NCBI GenBank assembly: GCA_965237415.1
Contig: CBDEFM010000002.1
Coordinates: 2,496,001 to 2,560,000 of the forward strand
Source of the DNA: Alphaproteobacteria bacterium
Lineage (GTDB): Bacteria; Pseudomonadota; Alphaproteobacteria; UBA828
Reading direction: 5' to 3'
Length of the DNA: 64,000 nt
Shown: piece by piece, positions 19,190-29,181 of the stretch
How positions within the stretch are numbered: position 1 is the stretch's first letter
Layout: every line of letters starts with the position of its first letter
Notes under the pieces: model-generated
Told to the model about the DNA's origin: nothing
What the model saw: the letters and a program-made list of their open reading frames with translations, nothing else
Database searches by the model: none
Made by a program: the position numbers and the translations under genes

Positions 19190-19942
19190 TCAGGGACTCA
19201 TTGACGATCGATCTGCCGCACGGCGGGAGCCGATATAGACCTGCTGCACCTTCGGATCCTGCTGTACCTCGTCCGGCCGGCCTTCGGCGATCAGCTCCCC
19301 CATGTGCAGAACATTGATTCGTTCGCAAACAGTCATGATGAAGCGGAGATCGTGGTCGATCACGATGATGCCGCAGCCCGCGCGGTCGCGGATGCCGCGC
19401 ACCGACGAGATCAGCTCCGTCGACTCCGCATCGTTCATCCCGGCCGCCGGCTCGTCGAGGAGCAGGAACTCGGGCACCAGGGCGAGCGCCCGGGCGATCT
19501 CGAGGCGCCGCTGCTGGCCGTAGGGGAGCGTCATCGCCGGGCGGTCGGCCACCGGCCCGAGGTCGAGCTCGCCCAGCAGGGAGTCGACGGTGAGGCCATT
19601 GAGGCGGCTCGCCCGGTGCCGCTGAGCGGTGGTGAAACCGACCTCCACGTTCTGCCGGACGGTCAGGCGGCCGAACAGACGGATGTTCTGAAAGGTGCGG
19701 GCAATGCCTGCGATCGCGCACTTCCGGGGGCTGGAGCTGTCGATCCGCCGCTCGTCGAGCCTCACTTCGCCCGTATCCAGCGGAAAGGCCGAGGAGATCA
19801 CGTTCAGGAGGGTGGTCTTGCCGGCGCCGTTGGGTCCGATCAGCCCGACGATCTCTCCGGATCGGCAGGTCAGCGACACGTCGCGCAATGCATAGACGCC
19901 GCCGAAGTGCTTTGACACCGAGGAGACGTCGAGGGTCGTCAC
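19190..19942 (-). CDS. livG: ABC transporter ATP-binding protein (LivG-like)
   Basis: GPNGAGKTT, GIARTFQNIRLF, LPYGQQRRLEIARAL, LDEPAAGMN. GTG start inferred. Confidence 0.9.
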   Translation of the reverse strand: MTTLDVSSVSKHFGGVYALRDVSLTCRSGEIVGLIGPNGAGKTTLLNVISSAFPLDTGEVRLDERRIDSSSPRKCAIAGIARTFQNIRLFGRLTVRQNVEVGFTTAQRHRASRLNGLTVDSLLGELDLGPVADRPAMTLPYGQQRRLEIARALALVPEFLLLDEPAAGMNDAESTELISSVRGIRDRAGCGIIVIDHDLRFIMTVCERINVLHMGELIAEGRPDEVQQDPKVQQVYIGSRRAADRSSMSP

Positions 19943-20051
19943 GTCCGCCGACCGTTCACCGGCATCGACGCAGGCGACAGAAGGTGCCGAACTGATTGCG
20001 CATCCGCGCCTACCCGCTTGTGTGCCCGGATCCCCGTTCCGCCGGCGGGCG

Positions 20052-20951
20052 TCAGGCGGCAAGCAGGTCGTCGATCCTGGTGCCGCACCAGCCTTCTTCG
20101 CGCTTGCGCCAGTAGCTGTTCATGAGGCGCGAGGTCAGGATGCCCGGTGCGCCGTTGCCGAGCGGTTTGTCGTCGATCGCGGTCACCGGCAGGATTCCGC
20201 CGGCCGATGAGGTCGCGAACGCCTCGTCAGCGTTGCGCAGCTCATCCGGGTGAACGACCCGGGTCTCGCAAGGGATGCCTTCCATCTCGCAGAGCTCGAT
20301 CGCCGACTTGCGCGACATGCCCAAGAGGCAGTTGGCGTCGGGCGTCGCGCACACCCCGTTCTTCACCACCCAGATGTTGTATCCCGGCCCCTCGGCGATA
20401 TTACCGTCGGGTCCGCAGAGCACCGAATCGTCCCGGCCGGCCTCGTAGGCTTCGTACTGCGATTGAATCAGGTCGGCCCAATGGAAGTTCTTGTAGCGGG
20501 TATCGACGGCCTTGCTGGAAATTCGCTCGGTCTCCGCCAGGTGCAGATTGACACCGGCCTTCGATTTCTCCTCGCCCCACAGCCACACATAGGGAACCGC
20601 GTAACAGACGAATTGGTTATCGCAGAGCCGGGGATCGCGCGAGCCTTCCGGATACAGGCCGCGGGTGACGTGCATGTGGATGTAGCTGCCGTCGTCCAGC
20701 CCCACACGGCGCACGCATTCCGCCAGCAGGCGGGCGGTCTCGTCCTGGGAATAGGGATTGGTCAGACGGAAACCGGTGCAGGACGCCGTGAAGCGCTCGA
20801 GATGTTCGTCCAGCTTGAAGATGTAGCCCTTCCAGGATGTCGTGACGTCATAGACCACGTCGCTATGCAGAAATCCGGTGTCGAAAATCGACATCTTGGC
20901 ATCGTCGAGCTCGACGAATTCGCCGCCAATGTGGACACATCCGCTTGCCAT
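20052..20951 (-). CDS. Class IV aminotransferase with (R)-amine transaminase-like signature
   Basis: FDTGFLHSDVVYDV, VTRG, KNFHWADL (PLP Lys), EGPGYN, LLGMSR, TSSAGGILPV. Confidence 0.85.
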   Translation of the reverse strand: MASGCVHIGGEFVELDDAKMSIFDTGFLHSDVVYDVTTSWKGYIFKLDEHLERFTASCTGFRLTNPYSQDETARLLAECVRRVGLDDGSYIHMHVTRGLYPEGSRDPRLCDNQFVCYAVPYVWLWGEEKSKAGVNLHLAETERISSKAVDTRYKNFHWADLIQSQYEAYEAGRDDSVLCGPDGNIAEGPGYNIWVVKNGVCATPDANCLLGMSRKSAIELCEMEGIPCETRVVHPDELRNADEAFATSSAGGILPVTAIDDKPLGNGAPGILTSRLMNSYWRKREEGWCGTRIDDLLAA

Positions 20952-20968
20952 GTCAGCCCCCCGCTACG

Positions 20969-20978
20969 GTCGTACGAC
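20969..20978. promoter_or_regulatory. Palindromic operator candidate GTCGTACGAC
   Basis: Perfect 10-bp palindrome between a minus-strand GATAAT box (20979-20984) and the aminotransferase ATG; resembles GntR/FadR-type sites. Confidence 0.4.
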
Positions 20979-21116
20979 ATTATCAAAGCGTACTTGAATC
21001 GACGGTAGCGAGCGCCGCTAGGGGGGTCAAGCGCACCCCCGCCCGGGACCATACGACCTGGCCGTTCTTGCGTGACGCACCCCGTCCGTCGCAGGCAACG
21101 CCTCAAAAGCCGGGAC

Positions 21117-23114
21117 TCACTCCTCCGGGGCGAACTCCATGATGACCTGGTCGGCGGCGAGGCTGTCGCCCACCTTGGCGTGGACAGCGACGATGCGACC
21201 GTCGCGCTGAGCGCGAAGCACATTCTCCATCTTCATCGCGTCCACGATGGCGAGCGGCTGCCCGGCCCGCACCGTGTCGCCTTCGGAAGCCGGCAGCGCC
21301 ACCACCAGCCCCGGCATGGGCGAGAGCAGGAAACGCGAGAGGTCGAGCGCCTCCTTCGCCGGCATCGTGGCGGCGAGTTCTGCCGCCCGGGGTGTGCGCA
21401 CCCGGGCCGTAACCTCGTAACCCCGCCATCGGAGCGTGAGCGCCGTGCCCCGGCGGCGGACCTGAATGGTGACGGCGGCGCCGGCCACCCTGCCGGTGAA
21501 GAGGCTCTCATGGAGCTGCCAGTCGCTCTCCACCGGGACGGTCCGTCCGTTATCGACGACCGCGAGCCCGTCCGCGCCTTCGTCGATCCGCACCTCGTGC
21601 CGGCTGGTGCCGAGATCGACCACCCAGTCGCCGGTGTGCCGCACCGGCGACAGGCCCTCGATCTGGCCCGAGATGCGCCCCGCGCGGGCCGCGAGCCGCG
21701 CGTGCACCACCGCCGCGACCGGGACGAGAACCGCGCGGGCCTCGTCCGTGAGCGCCGTGGGATCGAAGCCCGCTCCGAACTCCTCCTCGATGAAGGCGGT
21801 GGAGAGCCGCCCTTCGGCGAAGCGGGGGCGGCCGAGCACCGCGTTGAGGAAACTCGCGTTGTGGGCGACGCCCGTGAGCTCGTAGCAATCCAGCGCATCT
21901 TGCATGGCGGCGATCGCCGCCGGCCGGTCGGGGCCGTGGACGACGAGCTTCGCGATCATGGGATCGTAGAACATCGAAATCTCGGAGCCCTCGTCCACGC
22001 CGGCATCGACGCGGCATACCGCGCTCGCCTCGGGCTCGCGATAGCGCGAGAGGCGCCCGATGGAGGGCATGAAGCCCCGCGCCGGGTCCTCGGCATAGAT
22101 GCGGCACTCCATCGCCCAGCCGTTCCGCGTCACGTCCTCCTGGCCGAAGGCGATCGGCTCGCCGGCGGCGATCTTGATCTGCTGCTCCACGAGGTCGATG
22201 CCGGTGACCATCTCGGTGATCGGATGCTCGACCTGCAGCCGCGTGTTCATCTCTAGGAAGTAGAAATTCCGCTGCTGGTCGGCGACGAACTCCACCGTGC
22301 CCGCGGAGCGATAGCCCACGGCCTTCGCCAGCGCGCAAGCCTGGGCGCCCATGGCCGCCCGCGTCGCCTCGTCGAGCAGGGGGCTCGGTGCCTCCTCGAT
22401 CACCTTCTGGTGGCGGCGCTGGATCGAGCATTCCCGCTCGCCGAGGTGGACGACCGTGCCGGCGTTATCGGCAAGCACCTGAATCTCGATATGGCGCGGG
22501 TCCACGATGAAGCGCTCGACGAATACCCGGCCGTCGCCGAAGGCCGACACCGCCTCGTTGACGGCGGACGTCATGCCCTCGCGCAGCCCGGCCTCGTCCC
22601 AGACCAGCCGCATGCCCTTGCCGCCGCCGCCGGCCGCCGCCTTGAGCATGACCGGATAGCCGATTTCGCGTGCCGCGGCGATCGCCGCCTCGGCGTCGTC
22701 GACCGCGTCCTCCGTGCCTGGAATAGTCGCAATACGGGCGTCGGCGGCGATCCTGCGGGCGGCGAGCTTGTCCCCCATCGCCGCGATGGCGCCTGCCGGC
22801 GGGCCGATGAAGGTGACTCCCGCCTTGGCCAGCGCCTCGGCGAAGGCCGCGCTCTCGGAGAGGAAACCGTAGCCCGGATGCACGGCCTCCGCGCCGGTCT
22901 CGGCGATCGCGGCCAAGAGGGCGTCGACATTCAGATAGCTCTCGGTGGCGGCGGGGGGGCCGATTGCAACCGCCTCGTCCGCCATGCGCGTGTGCAGCGC
23001 GCCGTCGTCGGCCTCCGAATAGACCGCGACGGTGCCGATGCCCAAGCGCCGCGCGGAGCGGATCACCCGGCAGGCGATCTCTCCGCGGTTGGCGATCAGG
23101 ATCTTGGAAAACAC
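21117..23114 (-). CDS. pccA: Propionyl-CoA carboxylase alpha subunit (biotin carboxylase + BCCP)
   Basis: KILIANRGEIA, GGGGKGMR, ERECSIQRRHQK, EMNTRLQVEHP, biotin site DAMKMEN. Confidence 0.92.
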   Translation of the reverse strand: MFSKILIANRGEIACRVIRSARRLGIGTVAVYSEADDGALHTRMADEAVAIGPPAATESYLNVDALLAAIAETGAEAVHPGYGFLSESAAFAEALAKAGVTFIGPPAGAIAAMGDKLAARRIAADARIATIPGTEDAVDDAEAAIAAAREIGYPVMLKAAAGGGGKGMRLVWDEAGLREGMTSAVNEAVSAFGDGRVFVERFIVDPRHIEIQVLADNAGTVVHLGERECSIQRRHQKVIEEAPSPLLDEATRAAMGAQACALAKAVGYRSAGTVEFVADQQRNFYFLEMNTRLQVEHPITEMVTGIDLVEQQIKIAAGEPIAFGQEDVTRNGWAMECRIYAEDPARGFMPSIGRLSRYREPEASAVCRVDAGVDEGSEISMFYDPMIAKLVVHGPDRPAAIAAMQDALDCYELTGVAHNASFLNAVLGRPRFAEGRLSTAFIEEEFGAGFDPTALTDEARAVLVPVAAVVHARLAARAGRISGQIEGLSPVRHTGDWVVDLGTSRHEVRIDEGADGLAVVDNGRTVPVESDWQLHESLFTGRVAGAAVTIQVRRRGTALTLRWRGYEVTARVRTPRAAELAATMPAKEALDLSRFLLSPMPGLVVALPASEGDTVRAGQPLAIVDAMKMENVLRAQRDGRIVAVHAKVGDSLAADQVIMEFAPEE

Positions 23115-23130
23115 CGGCGCCTCTCGTGCC

Positions 23131-24663
23131 CTAGAGGGGGATGTTCCCGTGCTTCTTCCATGGGTTGTCCAGCCGCTTTGTGCGAAGCGTCTCGAAGGCG
23201 CGCGCCACGCGGGCGCGGGTATCTTGCGGGCGGATCACGTCATCGATGAAGCCGCGGCTTGCGGCGACGAAGGGGTTGGCGAAGGTGCGGCGGTACTCCT
23301 CGGTCTTGGCGTCAACGGCAGCAGGATCGTCCAGCGAGCCGCGGAAGATGATCTCCACCGCGCCCTTGGGCCCCATGACCGCGATCTCCGCAGTCGGCCA
23401 CGCATAATTTAGGTCGCCGCGCAGGTGCTTCGACGCCATCACGTCATAGGCACCGCCATAGGCCTTGCGCGTGATGACGGTCACCTTGGGCACCGTCGCC
23501 TCGGCGTAGGCGTAGAGCAGCTTCGAGCCGTGGGTGATGATGCCGCCGTATTCCTGGTCGGTGCCGGGCAAGAAGCCGGGTACGTCGACGAAGGTGAGCA
23601 GCGGGATATTGAAGCAGTCGCAGAAGCGGACGAAGCGCCCGGCCTTGCGCGAGGATGCGATATCGAGGCAACCGGCGAGCACGGTCGGTTGATTGGCGAC
23701 GATGCCGATGGTGCTGCCGCCGATGCGGCCGAAGCCGGTGATGATGTTCTGTGCATACGAAGGCTTCAGCTCGAAAAAGTCGGCCTCGTCCACGACTTTC
23801 GCGATCAGCTCCCTCATGTCGTAAGGGTTGTTGGGGTTGGCGGGCACCAGCCTGTCGAGGGAGGGCTCCGCGCGGGTCACGGGATCAGTGGTCGGCCATC
23901 TCGGCGGTTGCTCGCGGTTGTTCGGAGGCAGGAAGTCGATGAAACGCCGCGTCTCGGTCAGCGCCTCGACGTCGTTCTCGAAGGCCTGGTCGGCGACGCC
24001 GGAGCGTCCGGTGTGAGTGCCTGCGCCGCCGAGCTCCTCGTGCGTCACCACCTCATGGGTGACAGTCTTCACCACATCCGGCCCGGTCACGAACATGTAG
24101 GCGCTGTCCGAAACCATGAAGATCGCATCGGTCATGGCGGGCGAGTAGACCGCGCCACCGGCGCAGGGGCCCATGACGACGGAGACCTGCGGCACCACGC
24201 CGGACGCCAGCACATTGCGCTGAAACACTTCCGCATAGCCCGCGAGCGAGGCGACGCCCTCGTGAATGCGCGCGCCGCCGGAATCGTTGAGCCCCACCAC
24301 CGGCGCGCCGACGCGCATGGCGTGGTCCATGATCTTGCAGATCTTCTCGGCATGCGCCTCGCCGAGCGAGCCGCCGAAGACGGTGAAGTCCTGACTGAAC
24401 ACGAAAACCAGCCGGCCGTTGACGGTGCCGCGACCGGTGACGACGCCATCGCCCGGAACGCGCTGCTCCGCCATGCCGAAATCCGCGCTGCGGTGCTCGA
24501 CGAACATGTCATATTCCTCGAACGAGCCGTCGTCGAGCAGCAGCTCCAGGCGCTCGCGGGCCGTGAGCTTGCCCTTCGCGTGTTGACGTTCGATGCGCGC
24601 CTCGCCGCCGCCCAGCCGGGCGCGGCTGCGGCGGTCTTCCAGCGTGCTTAAGATGTCGTCCAT
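23131..24663 (-). CDS. pccB: Propionyl-CoA carboxylase beta subunit
   Basis: [47 protein letters not shown]. Confidence 0.94.
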   Translation of the reverse strand: MDDILSTLEDRRSRARLGGGEARIERQHAKGKLTARERLELLLDDGSFEEYDMFVEHRSADFGMAEQRVPGDGVVTGRGTVNGRLVFVFSQDFTVFGGSLGEAHAEKICKIMDHAMRVGAPVVGLNDSGGARIHEGVASLAGYAEVFQRNVLASGVVPQVSVVMGPCAGGAVYSPAMTDAIFMVSDSAYMFVTGPDVVKTVTHEVVTHEELGGAGTHTGRSGVADQAFENDVEALTETRRFIDFLPPNNREQPPRWPTTDPVTRAEPSLDRLVPANPNNPYDMRELIAKVVDEADFFELKPSYAQNIITGFGRIGGSTIGIVANQPTVLAGCLDIASSRKAGRFVRFCDCFNIPLLTFVDVPGFLPGTDQEYGGIITHGSKLLYAYAEATVPKVTVITRKAYGGAYDVMASKHLRGDLNYAWPTAEIAVMGPKGAVEIIFRGSLDDPAAVDAKTEEYRRTFANPFVAASRGFIDDVIRPQDTRARVARAFETLRTKRLDNPWKKHGNIPL

Positions 24664-24820
24664 CGCCTCCCTTCCCGGCAGCGTTTGGAATTGCGTTGCC
24701 GCCGCTTGGTCTTATCACGAAACGCCCCCTCTCGGCGACCGGGGAGGCCACGCAGGCGACGCACGCGATTATGTGTCAAGCGGGACAGGCCCTTGCGAGC
24801 GTGGTGCAAGGCCAAGTCCG

Positions 24821-26023
24821 TCAGGCACGCACGATGTTGTGCGTTGGCCCGTAGGGGAACCCGGTGATGTCCTCGGCGCCGTCCCCGGTCACCACCAGGA
24901 TGTTGTGCTCGCGGTAGCCGCCGGCGCCGGGCTGGCTCTCGGGAATCATGATCATCGGCTCCATGGACACAACCATGTTGGGTTCCAGCACGGTCGGCAC
25001 GTCCTCGCGAAGTTCGAGGCCCGCCTCTCGGCCGTAGTAGTGGCAGAGCACACCGAAACTGTGGCCGTAGCCGAAGGTGCGGTTCGGGAGCAGCCCGTAG
25101 CGCTCGTAAATCGTGTTGAGCTCGGCGGCGATGTCGCAGCAGCGTGCGCCGGGCTTGATGAGAGCGATCCCCGCCTCATGCACCTCGACATTAATGTTCC
25201 ACAGACGCAGGTGCTCGTCCGAGCACTCTTCGGCGAAGAGCGTACGCTCGAGCGCCGTGTAATAGCCGGCCGGCATGGGAAAGCAGTTCAGGCTCAGAAT
25301 GTCGCCGCGCTCGATCCTGCGCGATGTAACGGGATTGTGGGCACCATCGGTGTTGATGCCGGACTGGAACCAGGTCCACGTGTCCATCAGCTCCACATGG
25401 GGCTGACTCTGGCCGATCTCGCGCACCATGGCCTGTGTCGCGTGGAGCGCCACCTCGTACTCCGGCACGCCGACCGCGATCGCCTCAACGCAGGCTGCAC
25501 CGCCGATGTCGGCGACACGCGCGCTCTCGCGGATCCAGGCGATTTCCTCGTCAGACTTCACCATGCGCATGCGCATCGTCGGCTTGCTCACGTCGATGAG
25601 TTCCGCCGCCGGCAGCACCCCCTGCAGCTTGCGTAGGTTCTCGACGGTGATGTGGTCGAACTCGATACCGAGCCTTGAGCCGTCCGGGATGAGCCGCTTC
25701 ACGGCGACGAAGTAGTTGTCCCGATGCCAGTCGGTGTAGACGATGTTATCGCCGAACGTACGCCGCCAAGGCTGCCCCCCGTCGATGTTGGCCGAGATCG
25801 TGGTCTGGTCCTCCTGCGTGACCACGAGTCCGTAGGTGCGCCCGAAGGAACAGTAGAGGAAGTCGCTGAAGTAGTGGATGTTGTGAAGTGAGGTGAAGAG
25901 GCAAGCGTCGATTTGCTTTTCGGCCATATGGGCCCGCAAGGCCCCGAGCCGGCGGTTCATCTCGCTTGCCGAGAAAGTCGGCCTGACCCTCTCACCGTTA
26001 TGGATCGTCTTGAGTTGTTCCAT
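24821..26023 (-). CDS. Creatinase (creatine amidinohydrolase, M24 fold)
   Basis: NGERVRPTFS, YCSFGR, DGGQPWRR, WFQSGINTDGAHN, GHSFG..HYYGREAGLELRED, GAGGYREH. Start at ATG 26023 or GTG 26032. Confidence 0.92.
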   Translation of the reverse strand: MEQLKTIHNGERVRPTFSASEMNRRLGALRAHMAEKQIDACLFTSLHNIHYFSDFLYCSFGRTYGLVVTQEDQTTISANIDGGQPWRRTFGDNIVYTDWHRDNYFVAVKRLIPDGSRLGIEFDHITVENLRKLQGVLPAAELIDVSKPTMRMRMVKSDEEIAWIRESARVADIGGAACVEAIAVGVPEYEVALHATQAMVREIGQSQPHVELMDTWTWFQSGINTDGAHNPVTSRRIERGDILSLNCFPMPAGYYTALERTLFAEECSDEHLRLWNINVEVHEAGIALIKPGARCCDIAAELNTIYERYGLLPNRTFGYGHSFGVLCHYYGREAGLELREDVPTVLEPNMVVSMEPMIMIPESQPGAGGYREHNILVVTGDGAEDITGFPYGPTHNIVRA

Positions 26024-26541
26024 CGTCGTCACCTTGGTCGTTGATGATGATCCTGCTGGCGGAGCCGCGACGCCGTCAACGCTCGATGATGATGGCAGGC
26101 ACCTCGGTCACATTCACCGCCAGCCTGCCGCGCGGCGTCTCGTCATACTTGTCCTTCCTGTCGCACCCGGTGTCTCACGCCCTAACCGGTGGAGCTAGCG
26201 GGAAACCACGTGTGCCGGGACATTGGACTTCCTGCCGGGACTGTCCATTGATCCACGCAAGTTTGCCCCGCTAACTTCGCTTCGCGGGCTTTCGCTCCAC
26301 TCCACTTGGCGTCTGGCGCCGTCACGGCCGCACCTGCTCCTTGGCTCCCACGTGCATCACCATGCGCTCCAACGCGCACGGCTGCGTTCACTCCGCTGAT
26401 CACGCCCAAGGCGCAATGCCATTCCTCGAAGGGTTGCGGATTCAGCAGCTAAATTACTCGATCAAACAGGGGACTTTTGCCAACAAAGCTGTTATGATTA
26501 GGGTACGGTACTCCGCACATGCAATCATAGAAGGCAAGTCG

Positions 26542-26823
26542 ATGGCCCAGAACTCTTCCCCCCGGATCGATGAAAGTGCTTTGACCAAGGGGCAGCGCCG
26601 AAAACTGAATGCGCTCAGGAAATCGGTGGGCGACGAGGTCGGTGAGCGTGCGTTTGCTGAATGGCTTGCGTCGCGACCGGTTGCAAAGGCCGATGAGAAT
26701 GCGGCGCTGATCGTCGATACGCTCTGGCCCCTCGTCCAGCAGGGTACGCTGGCGATCCCGCGGGGTGGCTATCTGCTCAGGCGCGGTCGCGGTCGGATTA
26801 TCGTCGAACCGGCCAAGCAGTAA
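26542..26823 (+). CDS. Small basic hypothetical protein (93 aa)
   Basis: Clean ORF MAQNSS...RKLNALRKS...IPRGGYLLRRGRGRIIVE, preceded by AGAAGG and an extended -10-like TGTTATGAT near 26489-26497. Confidence 0.7.
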   Translation: MAQNSSPRIDESALTKGQRRKLNALRKSVGDEVGERAFAEWLASRPVAKADENAALIVDTLWPLVQQGTLAIPRGGYLLRRGRGRIIVEPAKQ

Positions 26824-27842
26824 CATTGCAGCGTAGTTCGGAGCGGTCCCTAATCGCACGGGACCGTTTCCGATCTGCGGATTCGACAGCGCACTGTGTG
26901 GGCGCGTTGAGCTTTTTGCAGCCTCGCCCCATTTTCTGCATGGCTGCGGTTGCGCGCGTTGCCCCGACAATTCAACGGGGTGTTCAAGATGATATATCTC
27001 GCGACGCAAAGATCGGCTGTCAGGCATCTTGGCTGCCGGTCATGCGGTGATGATAACGGAAGTGTGATTGCGGCCTGTGGATGTAGCAGACACTGACCAC
27101 GTGCGGCACAATTGCTTTTCCGAATTAGCGGCTACTGAAATCAAAATCCCCAATGCCGGGACCGGCAGGTCGGCAGAGCTCCTATGCTGCCACCTGGCAT
27201 ACCGGGGCAACGCAGACGATGCCTCCAGAGCATCATCGTCAAGCAATAAAGTGGCGACCAGGAGAGGCGGCGGACAAGCCAGCGGCTCTCACTCTACAGG
27301 CGGGAATACGCGTACGAGCGCAGTCTCAACCATCAAGTACCGATTCACTCTCCCACGCAACCTCCGGCGCTTTTGAGGACTGCACCCTGCGCTTCGTCCA
27401 GGCACTTGAATATCCGAGAGCGAAGCACTTCAGCGTTGACGATCGTTGGGGATTGTATCCACAGACCATTCCGAGTCCTCTTCCGGTAACGGCTCTTGTG
27501 CGGCGGAGTGCGCCTGGACAACGAACGGAGTCGCCGGCGGACAGAAACCGGACTGCAGTGCAATCTCGTAGCCATCGACGACTTGGACCCAGACGAATTC
27601 CTGGCAGCCGGCTGCCCCCGGTTGTTCGGCGCATGCACCTTTTCGACGCTGCCCCCGGTGTACTTGCGGGCCCTTCGAGTCCTCATGCAACGTGAAAGGC
27701 GCGACGCGCGCTGGGGTCTCGGTGCGCGCTGCCAGCCCGCATTCCTTACCACGGCCTCGGCGTCGATGGCGCAGTCGCTGGTTGCCGCGCTATTCTTTCC
27801 CGCGTCCGACGGTGCCGCAACAGAGACGGCAGCAAGGAGGCG

Positions 27843-29111
27843 ATGATGCTCTGGATGCGTCAGGCGATCAGGTCCGTCGTCGTGGGTTCGATGCTTGCGC
27901 GGGAACGCTGGCAGAGCGGGGTCGCCTACAACCCGCTGTCGAAGCGGACCGCCCAGGACCCCTATCCCGTCTATGCGGCGCTCCGCGAACGTGACCCGGT
28001 GCACCGCAGCAGGCTGATGAACGCCTGGGTCTTTACGCGCCACGCGGACGTGGACACCATCCTGCGCGACCATCAGCGCTTCGGCAACGACCCACGCAAG
28101 GGTGAGCTCTCGCGCCGGCAGCGCGCCAACCTGCCGCCGGAAGAAGAGTTCTCGTTATTGTTCCTCGACCCGCCGGACCACAAGCGATTGAGGGCGCTCG
28201 TCAACAAGGCCTTCACACCCAAGGCAGTGAATGCCCTGGAGCCTCACATCCGGGCTCTCCTCGGCGCCTTGCTGGACGACATCGACGACCCCGCCGGATT
28301 CGATCTTATGCAGGCGGTGGCCCAGCCGTTGCCCGTGATCGTGATCGCAGAGATGCTGGGCGTGCCGCCGGAAGACCGGGCGCAGTTCAAGATCTGGTCC
28401 GACCAGCGCGCACGCACACTGGAGCCGATGATCGACGCGCGGGAACGCGCGGCCTCCGATGCCGCCGCCAAGGCGCTCGACGCTTACTTCCGGCCAATCG
28501 TCAAGGAGCGGCGGGCGGCGCCCAAGGACGACATCGTCAGCGCACTTGCGCAGGCGGAAGAGGAAGGCGACCGCCTCACCGAGCGTGAGATGCTGAACAT
28601 GCTGCGCCTGCTCCTGATTGCTGGCAACGAAACCACCACCAACCTGATCGGCAACGGCGTGCTGGCCTTGCTGCACCATCCGGATCAGCTGCAGCGGCTC
28701 AGGGACGATCCGAGCCTGATCCCCTCGGCGGTGGATGAGCTGCTGCGCTTCGATTCGCCGGTGCAGACGGATTTCCGGCGCGTACTCTCGGATTGCGAGG
28801 TGAACGGCTTTGCCGTGCGGCAACGCGACAACATCGTCGTCCTGCTCGGCGCGGCCAACCGGGACCCGGACGTATTCGACGATCCCGACCGGCTCGATAT
28901 CGGCCGCGGCGACCGTTCGCACCTGTCGTTCGGGCGCGGCATCCACCACTGCATCGGGGCTCCGCTTGCACGCCTGGAAGGCCGGATCGTTCTTGAGATG
29001 CTGCTGGAGCGTTTCTCCCAGATCAGCCTGCGCGGCGAGCAGCCGCGATTCCGCAACAGCATCGTGCTGCGCGGCCTGGAATCCCTGCCCGTCCGCTGCG
29101 CCAAGGATTGA
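27843..29111 (+). CDS. Cytochrome P450
   Basis: DPPDH.RLR, I-helix AGNETT, ELLR (ExxR), AANRDP, heme motif FGRGIHHCIG; AAGGAGG SD. Confidence 0.96.
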   Translation: MMLWMRQAIRSVVVGSMLARERWQSGVAYNPLSKRTAQDPYPVYAALRERDPVHRSRLMNAWVFTRHADVDTILRDHQRFGNDPRKGELSRRQRANLPPEEEFSLLFLDPPDHKRLRALVNKAFTPKAVNALEPHIRALLGALLDDIDDPAGFDLMQAVAQPLPVIVIAEMLGVPPEDRAQFKIWSDQRARTLEPMIDARERAASDAAAKALDAYFRPIVKERRAAPKDDIVSALAQAEEEGDRLTEREMLNMLRLLLIAGNETTTNLIGNGVLALLHHPDQLQRLRDDPSLIPSAVDELLRFDSPVQTDFRRVLSDCEVNGFAVRQRDNIVVLLGAANRDPDVFDDPDRLDIGRGDRSHLSFGRGIHHCIGAPLARLEGRIVLEMLLERFSQISLRGEQPRFRNSIVLRGLESLPVRCAKD

Positions 29112-29181
29112 GACACGATCGCGATACTTGGATCCGCGGCTCGGCCGAAACCGAACCGCGGCAGAGCGAAAGGACCACACC

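Noticed and set aside
26075-26170. Protein-like fragment KDKYDETPRGRLAVNVTE on the minus strand upstream of creatinase
   Set aside because: May be a gene relic, but it has no start codon, is bounded by stops, and I cannot assign a family without a search.
26160-26260. Riboswitch upstream of creatinase
   Set aside because: I could not match SAM, glycine, guanidine, TPP or cobalamin consensus elements by eye.
26265-26410. Possible degenerate integron attC site (CTAAC ... GGCGCCGTCACGGC ...)
   Set aside because: No matching GTTRRRY end box, no clear paired L boxes and no integrase in the window.
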